A stretch of DNA of 64,000 bases from the human T2T-CHM13v2.0 reference genome, Homo sapiens: NCBI RefSeq assembly GCF_009914755.1, contig NC_060942.1; one strand, 5' to 3'. A program made the translations under genes and the position numbers. Under the pieces are notes generated by a model. That model made no database searches and was not told the origin of the DNA. It saw only the letters and a list, made by a program, of their open reading frames with translations. Of this stretch, positions 52,501 to 64,000 are shown piece after piece (within the stretch, counting starts at the first letter, position 1; the number at the start of each line of letters is the position of its first letter).

Positions 52501-55500
52501 GCATTCAAGTCACAGAGTAGAACATTCCCTTTGGTAGAGCAGGTTTGAAACACTCTTTTTTTAGTATATGGAAGTGGACATTTGGAGCGCTTTCAGGCCT
52601 ACGTTGGAAAAGGAAATATCTTCCCATAACAACTAGACAGAAGCATTCTCAGAAACTAGTTTCTGATGTGTGTCCTCAACTAACACAGTTGAACATTTCT
52701 TTAGACAGAACAGTTTTGAAACACTCTTTTTGTGGAATCTGCAAGTGGCTATTTGGCTAGATTTGAGGATTTCGTTGGAAACGGGATTACATATAAAAAG
52801 CAGACAGCAGCATTCTCAGAAAGTTCTTTGTGATGATTGCATTCAAGTCACAGAATTGAACATTCCCTTTCACAGAGCAGGTTTGAAACACTCTTTTTGT
52901 AGTGTGTGTAAGTGGACATTTGGAGCACTTTCCGGCCTAAGGTGAAAAAGGGAATATCTTCCCATAAAAACTAGACAGAAGCATTCTCAGAAACTTACTC
53001 GTGATGTGTGTCCTCAACTAAAGGAGTAGAACCTTTGTTTTCATAGAGAAGTTTTGAAACGCTCTTTTTGTGGAATCTGCAAGTGGATATTTGGCTAGTT
53101 TGGAGGATTTCGTTGGAAGCGGGAATTCATACAAATTGCAGACTGCAGCGTTCTGAGAAACATCTTTGTGATGTTTGTATTCAGGACACAGAGTTGAACA
53201 TTCCCTATCATAGAGCAGGTTGGAATCACTCCTTTTGTGGTATCTGGAAGTGGACATTTGGAGCGCTTTCAGGCCTATGTTGGAAAAGGAAATATCTTCC
53301 CATAACAACTAGACAGAAGCATTCTCAGAAACTTATTTGAGATGTGTGTACTCAACTAAGAGAATTGAACCACCGTTTTGAAGGAGCAGTTTTGAAACAC
53401 TCTTTTTCTGGAATCTGCAAGTGGATATTTGGCTAGCTTTGGGGATTTCGCTGGAAGCGGGAATACATATAAAAAGCACACAGCAGCGTTCTGAGAAACT
53501 GCTTTCTGATGTTTGCATTCAAGTCAAAAGTTGAACACTCCCTTTCATAGAGCAGTCCTGAAACACTCCTTTTGTAGTATCTGGAACTGGACTTTTGGAG
53601 CGCTTTCAGGGCTAAGGTGAAAAAGGAAATATCTTCCCATAAAAACTGGACAGAAGCATTCTCAGAAACTTGTTTATGCTGTATCTACTCTACTAAAAAA
53701 GTTGAACCTTTCTTTTGATAGAGCAGTTTTGAAATGCTCTTTTTGTGGAATCTGCAAGTGGATATTTGGCTAGATTTGAGGATTTCGTTGGAAGCTGGAA
53801 TACATACAAATTGCAGACTGCAGCGTTCTGAGAAACATCTTTGTGATGTTTGTATTCAGGACACAGAGTTGAACATTCCCTATCATAGAGCAGGTTGGAA
53901 TCACTCCTTTTGTAGTATCTGGAAGTGGACATTTGGAGCGCTTTCAGGCCTATGTTGAAAAAGGAAATATCTTCCCATAACAACTAGACACAAGCATTCT
54001 CAGAAACTTGTTTGTGATGTGTGCCCTCTACTGACAGAGTTGAACCTTTCTTTTCATAGAGCAGTTTTGAAACACTCTTTTTGTAGAATCTGCAAGAGGA
54101 TATTTGCATAGCTTTGAGGATTTCGTGGGAAACGGGATTGTCTTCAGGTAAAATCTAGACAGAAGCATTCTCAGAAACTTCTTTGGGATGTTTGCATTCA
54201 AGTCACAGAGTAGAACATTCCCTTTGGTAGAGCAGGTTTGAAACACTCTTTTTGTAGTATATGGAAGTGGACATTTGGAGCGCTTTCAGTCCTACGTTGG
54301 AAAAGGAAATATCTTCCCATAACAACTAGACAGAAGCATTCTCAGAAACTAGTTTCTGATGTGTGTCCTCAACTAACACAGTTGAACATTTCTTTAGACA
54401 GAACAGTTTTGAAACACTCTTTTTGTGGTATCTGCAAGTGGCTATTTGGCTAGATTTGAGGATTTCGTTGGAAACGGGATTACATATAAAAAGCAGACAG
54501 CAGCATTCTCAGAAACTTCTTTGTGATGATTGCATTCAAGTCACAGTATTGAACATTCCCTTTCACAGAGCAGGTTTGAAACACTCTTTGTATAGTGTGT
54601 GTAAGTGGACATTTGGAGCACTTTCCGGCCTAAGGTGAAAAAGGAAATATCTTCCCATAAAAACTGGACAGAAGCATTCTCAGAAACTTGTTCATGCTGT
54701 ATCTACTCTACTAAAAAAGTTGAACCTTTCTTTTGATAGAGCAGTTTTGAAATGCTCTTTTTGTGGAATCTGCAAGTGGATATTTGGCTAGATTTGAGGA
54801 TTTCGTTGGAAGCTGGAATACATACAAATTGCAGACTGCAGCGTTCTGAGAAACATCTTTGTGATGTTTGTATTCAGGACACAGAGTTGAACATTCCCTA
54901 TCATAGAGCAGGTTGGAATCACTCCTTTTGTAGTATCTGGAAGTGGACATTTGGAGCGCTTTCAGGCCTATGTTGAAAAAGGAAATATCTTCCCATAACA
55001 ACTAGACACAAGCATTCTCAGAAACTTGTTTGTGATGTGTGCCCTCTACTGACAGAGTTGAACCTTTCTTTTCATAGAGCAGTTTTGAAACACTCTTTTT
55101 GTAGAATCTGCAAGAGGATATTTGCATAGCTTTGAGGATTTCGTGGGAAACGGGATTGTCTTCAGGTAAAATCTAGACAGAAGCATTCTCAGAAACTTCT
55201 TTGGGATGTTTGCATTCAAGTCACAGAGTAGAACATTCCCTTTGGTAGAGCAGGTTTGAAACACTCTTTTTGTAGTATCTGGAAGTGGACATTTGGAGCG
55301 CTTTCAGGCCTATGTTGGAAAGGGAAATATCTTCCCGTAACAACTAGGCAGAAGCATTCTCAGAAACTTATTTGAGATGTGTGTACTCAACTAAGAGAAT
55401 TGAACCACCGTTTTGAAGGAGCAGTTTTGAAACACTCTTTTTCTGCAATCTGCAAGAGGATATTTGCCTAGCCTTGAGGATTTCGTTGGAAACGGGATTG

Positions 55501-57056
55501 TCTTCAGATCAAATCTAGACAGAAGCATTCTCAGAAACTTCTTTGGGATGTTTGCATTCAAGTCACAGAGTAGAACATTCCCTTTGGTAGAGCAGGTTTG
55601 AAACACTCTTTTTTTAGTATATGGAAGTGGACATTTGGAGCGCTTTCAGGCCTACGTTGGAAAAGGAAATATCTTCCCATAACAACTAGACAGAAGCATT
55701 CTCAGAAACTAGTTTCTGATGTGTGTCCTCAACTAACACAGTTGAACATTTCTTTAGACAGAACAGTTTTGAAACACTCTTTTTGTGGTATCTGCAAGTG
55801 GCTATTTGGCTAGATTTGAGGATTTCGTTGGAAACGGGATTACATATAAAAAGCAGACAGCAGCATTCTCAGAAACTTCTTTGTGATGATTGCATTCAAG
55901 TCACAGTATTGAACATTCCCTTTCACAGAGCAGGTTTGAAACACTCTTTGTATAGTGTGTGTAAGTGGACATTTGGAGCACTTTCCGGCCTAAGGTGAAA
56001 AAGGAAATATCTTCCCATAAAAACTAGACAGAAGCATTCTCAGAAACTTACTCGTGATGTGTGTCCTCATCTAAAGAAGTAGAACCTTTCTTTTCATAGA
56101 TAAGTTTTGAAACGCTCTTTTTGTGGAATCTGCAAGTGGATATTTGGCTAGTTTTGAGGATTTCGTTGGAAGCGGGAATTCATACAAATTGCAGACTGCA
56201 GCGTTCTGAGAAACATCTTTGTGATGTTTGTATTCAGGACACAGAGTTGAACATTCCCTATCATAGAGCAGGTTGGAATCACTTCTTTTGTAGTATCTGG
56301 AAGTGGACATTTGGAGCGCTTTCAGGCCTATGTTGAAAAAGGAAATATCTTCCCATAACAACTAGACACAAGCATTCTCAGAAACTTGTTTGTGATGTGT
56401 GCCCTCTACTGACAGAGTTGAACCTTTCTTTTCATAGAGCAGTTTTGAAACACTCTTTTTGTAGAATCTGCAAGAGGATATTTGCATAGCTTTGAGGATT
56501 TCGTGGGAAACGGGATTGTCTTCAGGTAAAATCTAGACAGAAGCATTCTCAGAAACTTCTTTGGGATGTTTGCATTCAAGTCACAGAGTAGAACATTCCC
56601 TTTGGTAGAGCAGGTTTGAAACACTCTTTTTGTAGTATCTGGAAGTGGACATTTGGAGCGCTTTCAGGCCTATGTTGGAAAGGGAAATATCTTCCCGTAA
56701 CAACTAGGCAGAAGCATTCTCAGAAACTTATTTGAGATGTGTGTACTCAACTAAGAGAATTGAACCACCGTTTTGAAGGAGCAGTTTTGAAACACTCTTT
56801 TTCTGGAATCTGCAAGAGGATATTTGCCTAGCCTTGAGGATTTCGTAGGAAACGGGATTGTCTTCAGATCAAATCTAGACAGAAGCATTCTCAGAAACTT
56901 CTTTGGGATGTTTGCATTCAAGTCACAGAGTAGAACATTCCCTTTGGTAGAGCAGGTTTGAAACACTCTTTTTTTAGTATATGGAAGTGGACATTTGGAG
57001 CGCTTTCAGGCCTACGTTGGAAAAGGAAATATCTTCCCATAACAACTAGACAGAAG
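49591..57056 (+). repeat. 10-8-10-8-8-mer HOR variant block
   Basis: Unit starts 49591, 51284, 52644, 54337, 55697; lengths 1693, 1360, 1693, 1360, 1360. The unit at 54337 is A-D-E-F rather than A-B/D-E-F. Confidence 0.92.
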
Positions 57057-60000
57057 CATTCTCAGAAACTAGTTTCTGATGTGTGTCCTCAACTAACACA
57101 GTTGAACATTTCTTTAGACAGAACAGTTTTGAAACTCTCTTTTTGTGGAATCTGCAAGTGGCTATTTGGCTAGATTTGAGGATTTCGTTGGAAACGGCAT
57201 TACATATAAAAAGCAGTCAGCAGCATTCTCAGAAAGTTCTTTGTGATGATTGCATTCAAGTCACAGAATTGAACATTCCCTTTCACAGAGCAGGTTTGAA
57301 ACACTCTTTTTATAGTGTGTGTAAGTGGACATTTGGAGCACTTTCCGGCCTAAGGTGAAAAAGGAAATATCTTCCCATAAAAACTAGACAGAAGCATTCT
57401 CAGAAACTTACTCGTGATGTGTGTCCTCAACTAAAGGAGTAGAACCTTTGTTTTCATAGAGAAGTTTTGAAACGCTCTTTTTGTGGAATCTGCAAGTGGA
57501 TATTTGGCTAGTTTGGAGGATTTCGTTGGAAGCGGGAATTCATACAAATTGCAGACTGCAGCGTTCTGAGAAACATCTTTGTGATGTTTGTATTCAGGAC
57601 ACAGAGTTGAACATTCCCTATCATAGAGCAGGTTTGAATCACTCCTTTTGTAGTATCTGGAAGTGGACATTTGGAGCGCTTTCAGGCCTATGTTGGAAAA
57701 GGAAATATCTTCCCATAACAACTAGACAGAAGCATTCTCAGAAACTTATTTGAGATGTGTGTACTCAACTAAGAGAATTGAACCACCGTTTTGAAGGAGC
57801 AGTTTTGAAACACTCTTTTTCTGGAATCTGCAAGTGGATATTTGGCTAGCTTTGGGGATTTCGCTGGAAGCGGGAATACATATAAAAAGCACACAGCAGC
57901 GTTCTGAGAAACTGCTTTCTGATGTTTGCATTCAAGTCAAAAGTTGAACACTCCCTTTCATAGAGCAGTCCTGAAACACTCCTTTTGTAGTATCTGGAAC
58001 TGGACTTTTGGAGCGCTTTCAGGGCTAAGGTGAAAAAGGAAATATCTTCCCATAAAAACTGGACAGAAGCATTCTCAGAAACTTGTTTATGCTGTATCTA
58101 CTCAACTAACAAAGTTGAACATTTCTTTTGATAGAGCAGTTTTGAAATGCTCTTTTTGTGGAATCTGCAAGTGGATATTTGGCTAGTTTTGAGGATTTCG
58201 TTGGAAGCGGGAATTCATACAAATTGCAGACTGCAGCGTTCTGAGAAACATCTTTGTGATGTTTGTATTCAGGACAGAGAGTTGAACATTCCCTATCATA
58301 GAGCAGGTTGGAATCACTCCTTTTGTAGTATCTGGAAGTGGACATTTGGAGCGCTTTCAGGCCTATGTTGAAAAAGGAAATATCTTCCCATAACAACTAG
58401 ACACAAGCATTCTCAGAAACTTGTTTGTGATGTGTGCCCTCTACTGACAGAGTTGAACCTTTCTTTTCATAGAGCAGTTTTGAAACACTCTTTTTGTAGA
58501 ATCTGCAAGAGGATATTTGCATAGCTTTGAGGATTACGTGGGAAACGGAATTGTCTTCAGGTAAAATCTAGACAGAAGCATTCTCAGAAACTTCTTTGGG
58601 ATGTTTGCATTCAAGTCACAGAGTAGAACATTCCCTTTGGTAGAGTAGGTTTGAAACACTCTTTTTGTAGTATCTGGAAGTGGACATTTGGAGCGCTTTC
58701 AGGCCTATGTTGGAAAGGGAAATATCTTCCCGTAACAACTAGGCAGAAGCATTCTCAGAAACTTATTTGAGATGTGTGTACTCAACTAAGAGAATTGAAC
58801 CACCGTTTTGAAGGAGCAGTTTTGAAACACTCTTTTTCTGGAATCTGCAAGAGGATATTTGCCTAGCCTTGAGGATTTCGTTGGAAACGGGATTGTCTTC
58901 AGATCAAATCTAGACAGAAGCATTCTCAGAAACTTCTTTGGGATGTTTGCATTCAAGTCACAGAGTAGAACATTCCCTTTGGTAGAGCAGGTTTGAAACA
59001 CTCTTTTTTTAGTATATGGAAGTGGACATTTGGAGCGCTTTCAGGCCTACGTTGGAAAAGGAAATATCTTCCCATAACAACTAGACAGAAGCATTCTCAG
59101 AAACTAGTTTCTGATGTGTGTCCTCAACTAACACAGTTGAACATTTCTTTAGACAGAACAGTTTTGAAACACTCTTTTTGTGGAATCTGCAAGTGGCTAT
59201 TTGGCTAGATTTGAGGATTTCGTTGGAAACGGGATTACATATAAAAAGCAGACAGCAGCATTCTCAGAAAGTTCTTTGTGATGATTGCATTCAAGTCACA
59301 GAATTGAACACTCCCTTTCACAGAGCAGGTTTGAAACACTCTTTTTGTAGTGTGTGTAAGTGGACATTTGGAGCACTTTCCGGCCTAAGGTGAAAAAGGA
59401 AATATCTTCCCATAAAAACTAGACAGAAGCACTCTCAGAAACTTACTCGTGATGTGTGTCCTCAACTAAAGGAGTAGAACCTTTCTTTTCATAGAGAAGT
59501 TTCGAAACGCTCTTTTTGTGGAATCTGCAAGTGGATATTTGGCTAGTTTTGAGGATTTCGTTGGAAGCGGGAATTCATACAAATTGCAGACTGCAGCGTT
59601 CTGAGAAACATCTTTGTGATGTTTGTATTCAGGACACAGAGTTGAACATTCCCTATCATAGAGCAGGTTTGAATCACTCCTTTTGTAGTATCTGGAAGTG
59701 GACATTTGGAGCGCTTTCAGGCCTATGTTGGAAAAGGAAATATCTTCCCATAACAACTAGACAGAAGCATTCTCAGAAACTTATTTGAGATGTGTGTACT
59801 CAACTAAGAGAATTGAACCACCGTTTTGAAGGAGCAGTTTTGAAACACTCTTTTTCTGGAATCTGCAAGTGGATATTTGGCTAGCTTTGGGGATTTCACT
59901 GGAAGCGGGAATACAGATAAAAAGCACACAGCAGCGTTCTGAGAAACTGCTTTCTGATGTTTGCATTCAAGTCAAAAGTTGAACACTCCCTTTCATAGTG

Positions 60001-63000
60001 CAGTCCTGAAACACTCCTTTTGTAGTATCTGGAACTGGACTTTTGGAGCGCTTTCAGGGCTAAGGTGAAAAAGGAAATATCTTCCCATAAAAACTGGACA
60101 GAAGCATTCTCAGAAACTTGCTTATGCTGTATCTACTCAACTAACAAAGTTGAACCTTTCTTTTGATAGAGCAGTTTTGAAATGCTCTTTTTGTGGAATC
60201 TGCAAGTGGATATTTGGCTAGTTTTGAGGATTTCGTTGGAAGCGGGAATTCATACAAATTGCAGACTGCAGCGTTCTGAGAAACATCTTTGTGATGTTTG
60301 TATTCAGGACACAGAGTTGAACATTCCCTATCATAGAGCAGGTTGGAATCACTCCTTTTGTAGTATCTGGAAGTGGACATTTGGAGCGCTTTCAGGCCTA
60401 TGTTGAAAAAGGAAATATCTTCCCATAACAACTAGACACAAGCATTCTCAGAAACTTGTTTGTGATGTGTGCCCTCTACTGACAGAGTTGAACCTTTCTT
60501 TTCATAGAGCAGTTTTGAAACACTCTTTTTGTAGAATCTGCAAGAGGATATTTGCATAGCTTTGAGGATTTCGTGGGAAACGGGATTGTCTTCAGGTAAA
60601 ATCTAGACAGAAGCATTCTCAGAAACTTCTTTGGGATGTTTGCATTCAAGTCACAGAGTAGAACATTCCCTTTGGTAGAGCAGGTTTGAAACACTCTTTT
60701 TGTAGTATCTGGAAGTGGACATTTGGAGCGCTTTCAGGCCTATGTTGGAAAGGGAAATATCTTCCCGTAACAACTAGGCAGAAGCATTCTCAGAAACTTA
60801 TTTGAGATGTGTGTACTCAACTAAGAGAATTGAACCACCGTTTTGAAGGAGCAGTTTTGAAACACTCTTTTTCTGGAATCTGCAAGAGGATATTTGCCTA
60901 GCCTTGAGGATTTCGTAGGAAACGGGATGGTCTTCAGATCAAATCTAGACAGAAGCATTCTCAGAAACTTCTTTGGGATGTTTGCATTCAAGTCACAGAG
61001 TAGAACATTCCCTTTGGTAGAGCAGGTTTGAAACACTCTTTTTTTAGTATATGGAAGTGGACATTTGGAGCGCTTTCAGGCCTACGTTGGAAAAGGAAAT
61101 ATCTTCCCATAACAACTAGACAGAAGCATTCTCAGAAACTAGTTTCTGATGTGTGTCCTCAACTAACACAGTTGAACATTTCTTTAGACAGAACAGTTTT
61201 GAAACTCTCTTTTTGTGGAATCTGCAAGTGGCTATTTGGCTAGATTTGAGGATTTCGTTGGAAACGGGATTACATATAAAAAGCAGACAGCAGCATTCTC
61301 AGAAAGTTCTTTGTGATGATTGCATTCAAGTCACAGAATTGAACATTCCCTTTCACAGAGCAGGTTTGAAACACTCTTTTTATAGTGTGTGTAAGTGGAC
61401 ATTTGGAGCACTTTCCGGCCTAAGGTGAAAAAGGAAATATCTTCCCATAAAAACTAGACAGAAGCATTCTCAGAAACTTACTCGTGATGTGTGTCCTCAA
61501 CTAAAGGAGTAGAACCTTTGTTTTCATAGAGAAGTTTTGAAACGCTCTTTTTGTGGAATCTGCAAGTGGATATTTGGCTAGTTTGGAGGATTTCGTTGGA
61601 AGCGGGAATTCATACAAATTGCAGACTGCAGCGTTCTGAGAAACATCTTTGTGATGTTTGTATTCAGGACACAGAGTTGAACATTCCCTATCATAGAGCA
61701 GGTTTGAATCACTCCTTTTGTAGTATCTGGAAGTGGACATTTGGAGCGCTTTCAGGCCTATGTTGGAAAAGGAAATATCTTCCCATAACAACTAGACAGA
61801 AGCATTCTCAGAAACTTATTTGAGATGTGTGTACTCAACTAAGAGAATTGAACCACCGTTTTGAAGGAGCAGTTTTGAAACACTCTTTTTCTGGAATCTG
61901 CAAGTGGATATTTGGCTAGCTTTGGGGATTTCGCTGGAAGCGGGAATACATATAAAAAGCACACAGCAGCGTTCTGAGAAACTGCTTTCTGATGTTTGCA
62001 TTCAAGTCAAAAGTTGAACACTCCCTTTCATAGAGCAGTCCTGAAACACTCCTTTTGTAGTATCTGGAACTGGACTTTTGGAGCGCTTTCAGGGCTAAGG
62101 TGAAAAAGGAAATATCTTCCCATAAAAACTGGACAGAAGCATTCTCAGAAACTTGTTTATGCTGTATCTACTCTACTAAAAAAGTTGAACCTTTCTTTTG
62201 ATAGAGCAGTTTTGAAATGCTCTTTTTGTGGAATCTGCAAGTGGATATTTGGCTAGATTTGAGGATTTCGTTGGAAGCTGGAATACATACAAATTGCAGA
62301 CTGCAGCGTTCTGAGAAACATCTTTGTGATGTTTGTATTCAGGACACAGAGTTGAACATTCCCTATCATAGAGCAGGTTGGAATCACTCCTTTTGTAGTA
62401 TCTGGAAGTGGACATTTGGAGCGCTTTCAGGCCTATGTTGAAAAAGGAAATATCTTCCCATAACAACTAGACACAAGCATTCTCAGAAACTTGTTTGTGA
62501 TGTGTGCCCTCTACTGACAGAGTTGAACCTTTCTTTTCATAGAGCAGTTTTGAAACACTCTTTTTGTAGAATCTGCAAGAGGATATTTGCATAGCTTTGA
62601 GGATTTCGTGGGAAACGGGATTGTCTTCAGGTAAAATCTAGACAGAAGCATTCTCAGAAACTTCTTTGGGATGTTTGCATTCAAGTCACAGAGTAGAACA
62701 TTCCCTTTGGTAGAGCAGGTTTGAAACACTCTTTTTGTAGTATCTGGAAGTGGACATTTGGAGCGCTTTCAGGCCTATGTTGGAAAGGGAAATATCTTCC
62801 CGTAACAACTAGGCAGAAGCATTCTCAGAAACTTATTTGAGATGTGTGTACTCAACTAAGAGAATTGAACCACCGTTTTGAAGGAGCAGTTTTGAAACAC
62901 TCTTTTTCTGGAATCTGCAAGAGGATATTTGCCTAGCCTTGAGGATTTCGTTGGAAACGGGATTGTCTTCAGATCAAATCTAGACAGAAGCATTCTCAGA

Positions 63001-63161
63001 AACTTCTTTGGGATGTTTGCATTCAAGTCACAGAGTAGAACATTCCCTTTGGTAGAGCAGGTTTGAAACACTCTTTTTTTAGTATATGGAAGTGGACATT
63101 TGGAGCGCTTTCAGGCCTACGTTGGAAAAGGAAATATCTTCCCATAACAACTAGACAGAAG
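57057..63161 (+). repeat. Run of three 12-mer HORs
   Basis: Unit starts 57057, 59092, 61127; each 2035 bp. Confidence 0.92.
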
Positions 63162-64000
63162 CATTCTCAGAAACTAGTTTCTGATGTGTGTCCTCAACTA
63201 ACACAGTTGAACATTTCTTTAGACAGAACAGTTTTGAAACACTCTTTTTGTGGTATCTGCAAGTGGCTATTTGGCTAGATTTGAGGATTTCGTTGGAAAC
63301 GGGATTACATATAAAAAGCAGACAGCAGCATTCTCAGAAACTTCTTTGTGATGATTGCATTCAAGTCACAGTATTGAACATTCCCTTTCACAGAGCAGGT
63401 TTGAAACACTCTTTGTATAGTGTGTGTAAGTGGACATTTGGAGCACTTTCCGGCCTAAGGTGAAAAAGGAAATATCTTCCCATAAAAACTAGACAGAAGC
63501 ATTCTCAGAAACTTACTCGTGATGTGTGTCCTCATCTAAAGAAGTAGAACCTTTCTTTTCATAGATAAGTTTTGAAACGCTCTTTTTGTGGAATCTGCAA
63601 GTGGATATTTGGCTAGTTTTGAGGATTTCGTTGGAAGCGGGAATTCATACAAATTGCAGACTGCAGTGTTCTGAGAAACATCTTTGTGATGTTTGTATTC
63701 AGGACAGAGAGTTGAACATTCCCTATCATAGAGCAGGTTGGAATCACTCCTTTTGTAGTATCTGGAAGTGGACATTTGGAGCGCTTTCAGGCCTATGTTG
63801 AAAAAGGAAATATCTTCCCATAACAACTAGACACAAGCATTCTCAGAAACTTGTTTGTGATGTGTGCCCTCTACTGACAGAGTTGAACCTTTCTTTTCAT
63901 AGAGCAGTTTTGAAACACTCTTTTTGTAGAATCTGCAAGAGGATATTTGCATAGCTTTGAGGATTACGTGGGAAACGGGATTGTCTTCAGGTAAAATCTA
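63162..64000 (+). repeat. Partial 8-mer-type HOR (A, B/D, start of E), cut by the window end
   Basis: Second-haplotype A and B SNVs; B/D runs directly into E at about 63838. Confidence 0.85.

Larger units (their letters stand above)
1..64000 (+). repeat. Alpha-satellite higher-order repeat array, dimeric (SF2-type), most likely human chr18 D18Z1
   Basis: Tandem 167-171 bp monomers beginning CATTCTCAGAAAC/CGTTCTGAGAAAC throughout; CENP-B boxes in every second monomer; 2035-bp 12-mer period visible in the ORF track (94, 2129, 4164, 6199...); two GAATTC sites per HOR about 675/1360 bp apart. Alpha-satellite identity is certain; the chr18 assignment rests on recalled HOR sizes. Confidence 0.97.

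Noticed and set aside
34670-54336. The 1.7-kb 10-mers as a separate satellite family such as D18Z2
   Set aside because: They are built from the same A-F dimers at near identity, with an E/F hybrid, so they are deletion derivatives of the local 12-mer.
94-63826. About 300 short ORFs (61-97 aa) on both strands
   Set aside because: They recur with the HOR period, overlap in several frames, often begin at GTG/TTG, and are translations of alpha-satellite with no recognisable domain. They are useful only as positional markers.
1-64000. CRISPR-like or other repeat-spacer system
   Set aside because: The sequence between conserved motifs is homologous monomer sequence, not unique spacers, and there are no cas or other genes.
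1-64000. Transposon (Alu/L1) insertion, inversion or non-satellite island
   Set aside because: Unit lengths sum exactly (20 12-mers with four 1-bp deletions, nine 8-mers, six 10-mers = 63094 bp), leaving no room for an insert; all CENP-B boxes are on the same strand; no poly-A tails seen.

Overview
The whole 64 kb window is uninterrupted, single-orientation primate centromeric alpha-satellite DNA. It has ~170-bp monomers arranged as dimers (a CENP-B-box monomer alternating with a pJalpha/A-box monomer) and organised into a 12-monomer higher-order repeat (HOR) of 2035 bp. I label the six dimers A-F (338, 338, 337, 338, 342, 342 bp). A dimeric 12-mer with two EcoRI sites spaced 675/1360 bp best fits the human chromosome 18 array D18Z1 (suprachromosomal family 2); this assignment comes from recalled knowledge, not a database search. 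Using the dimer-A landmark there are 35 complete HOR units between 68 and 63161: twenty 12-mers (2034-2035 bp), nine 8-mers (1360 bp) and six 10-mers (1693 bp), followed by a partial 8-mer. I see no genes, transposon insertions, inversions or CRISPR arrays, and every ORF in the track is a by-product of the repeat. I found no support for a new protein-coding system. The interesting content is architectural: a switch near 35.7 kb from a 12-mer-dominated haplotype to a 10+8-mer (3053-bp) super-unit carrying a disrupted CENP-B box, several nested multi-kilobase duplications traceable by shared SNVs, several independently formed HOR variants with mappable junctions, and an A-box variant drifting toward a CENP-B box. 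All SNV calls were made by eye and need alignment to confirm.
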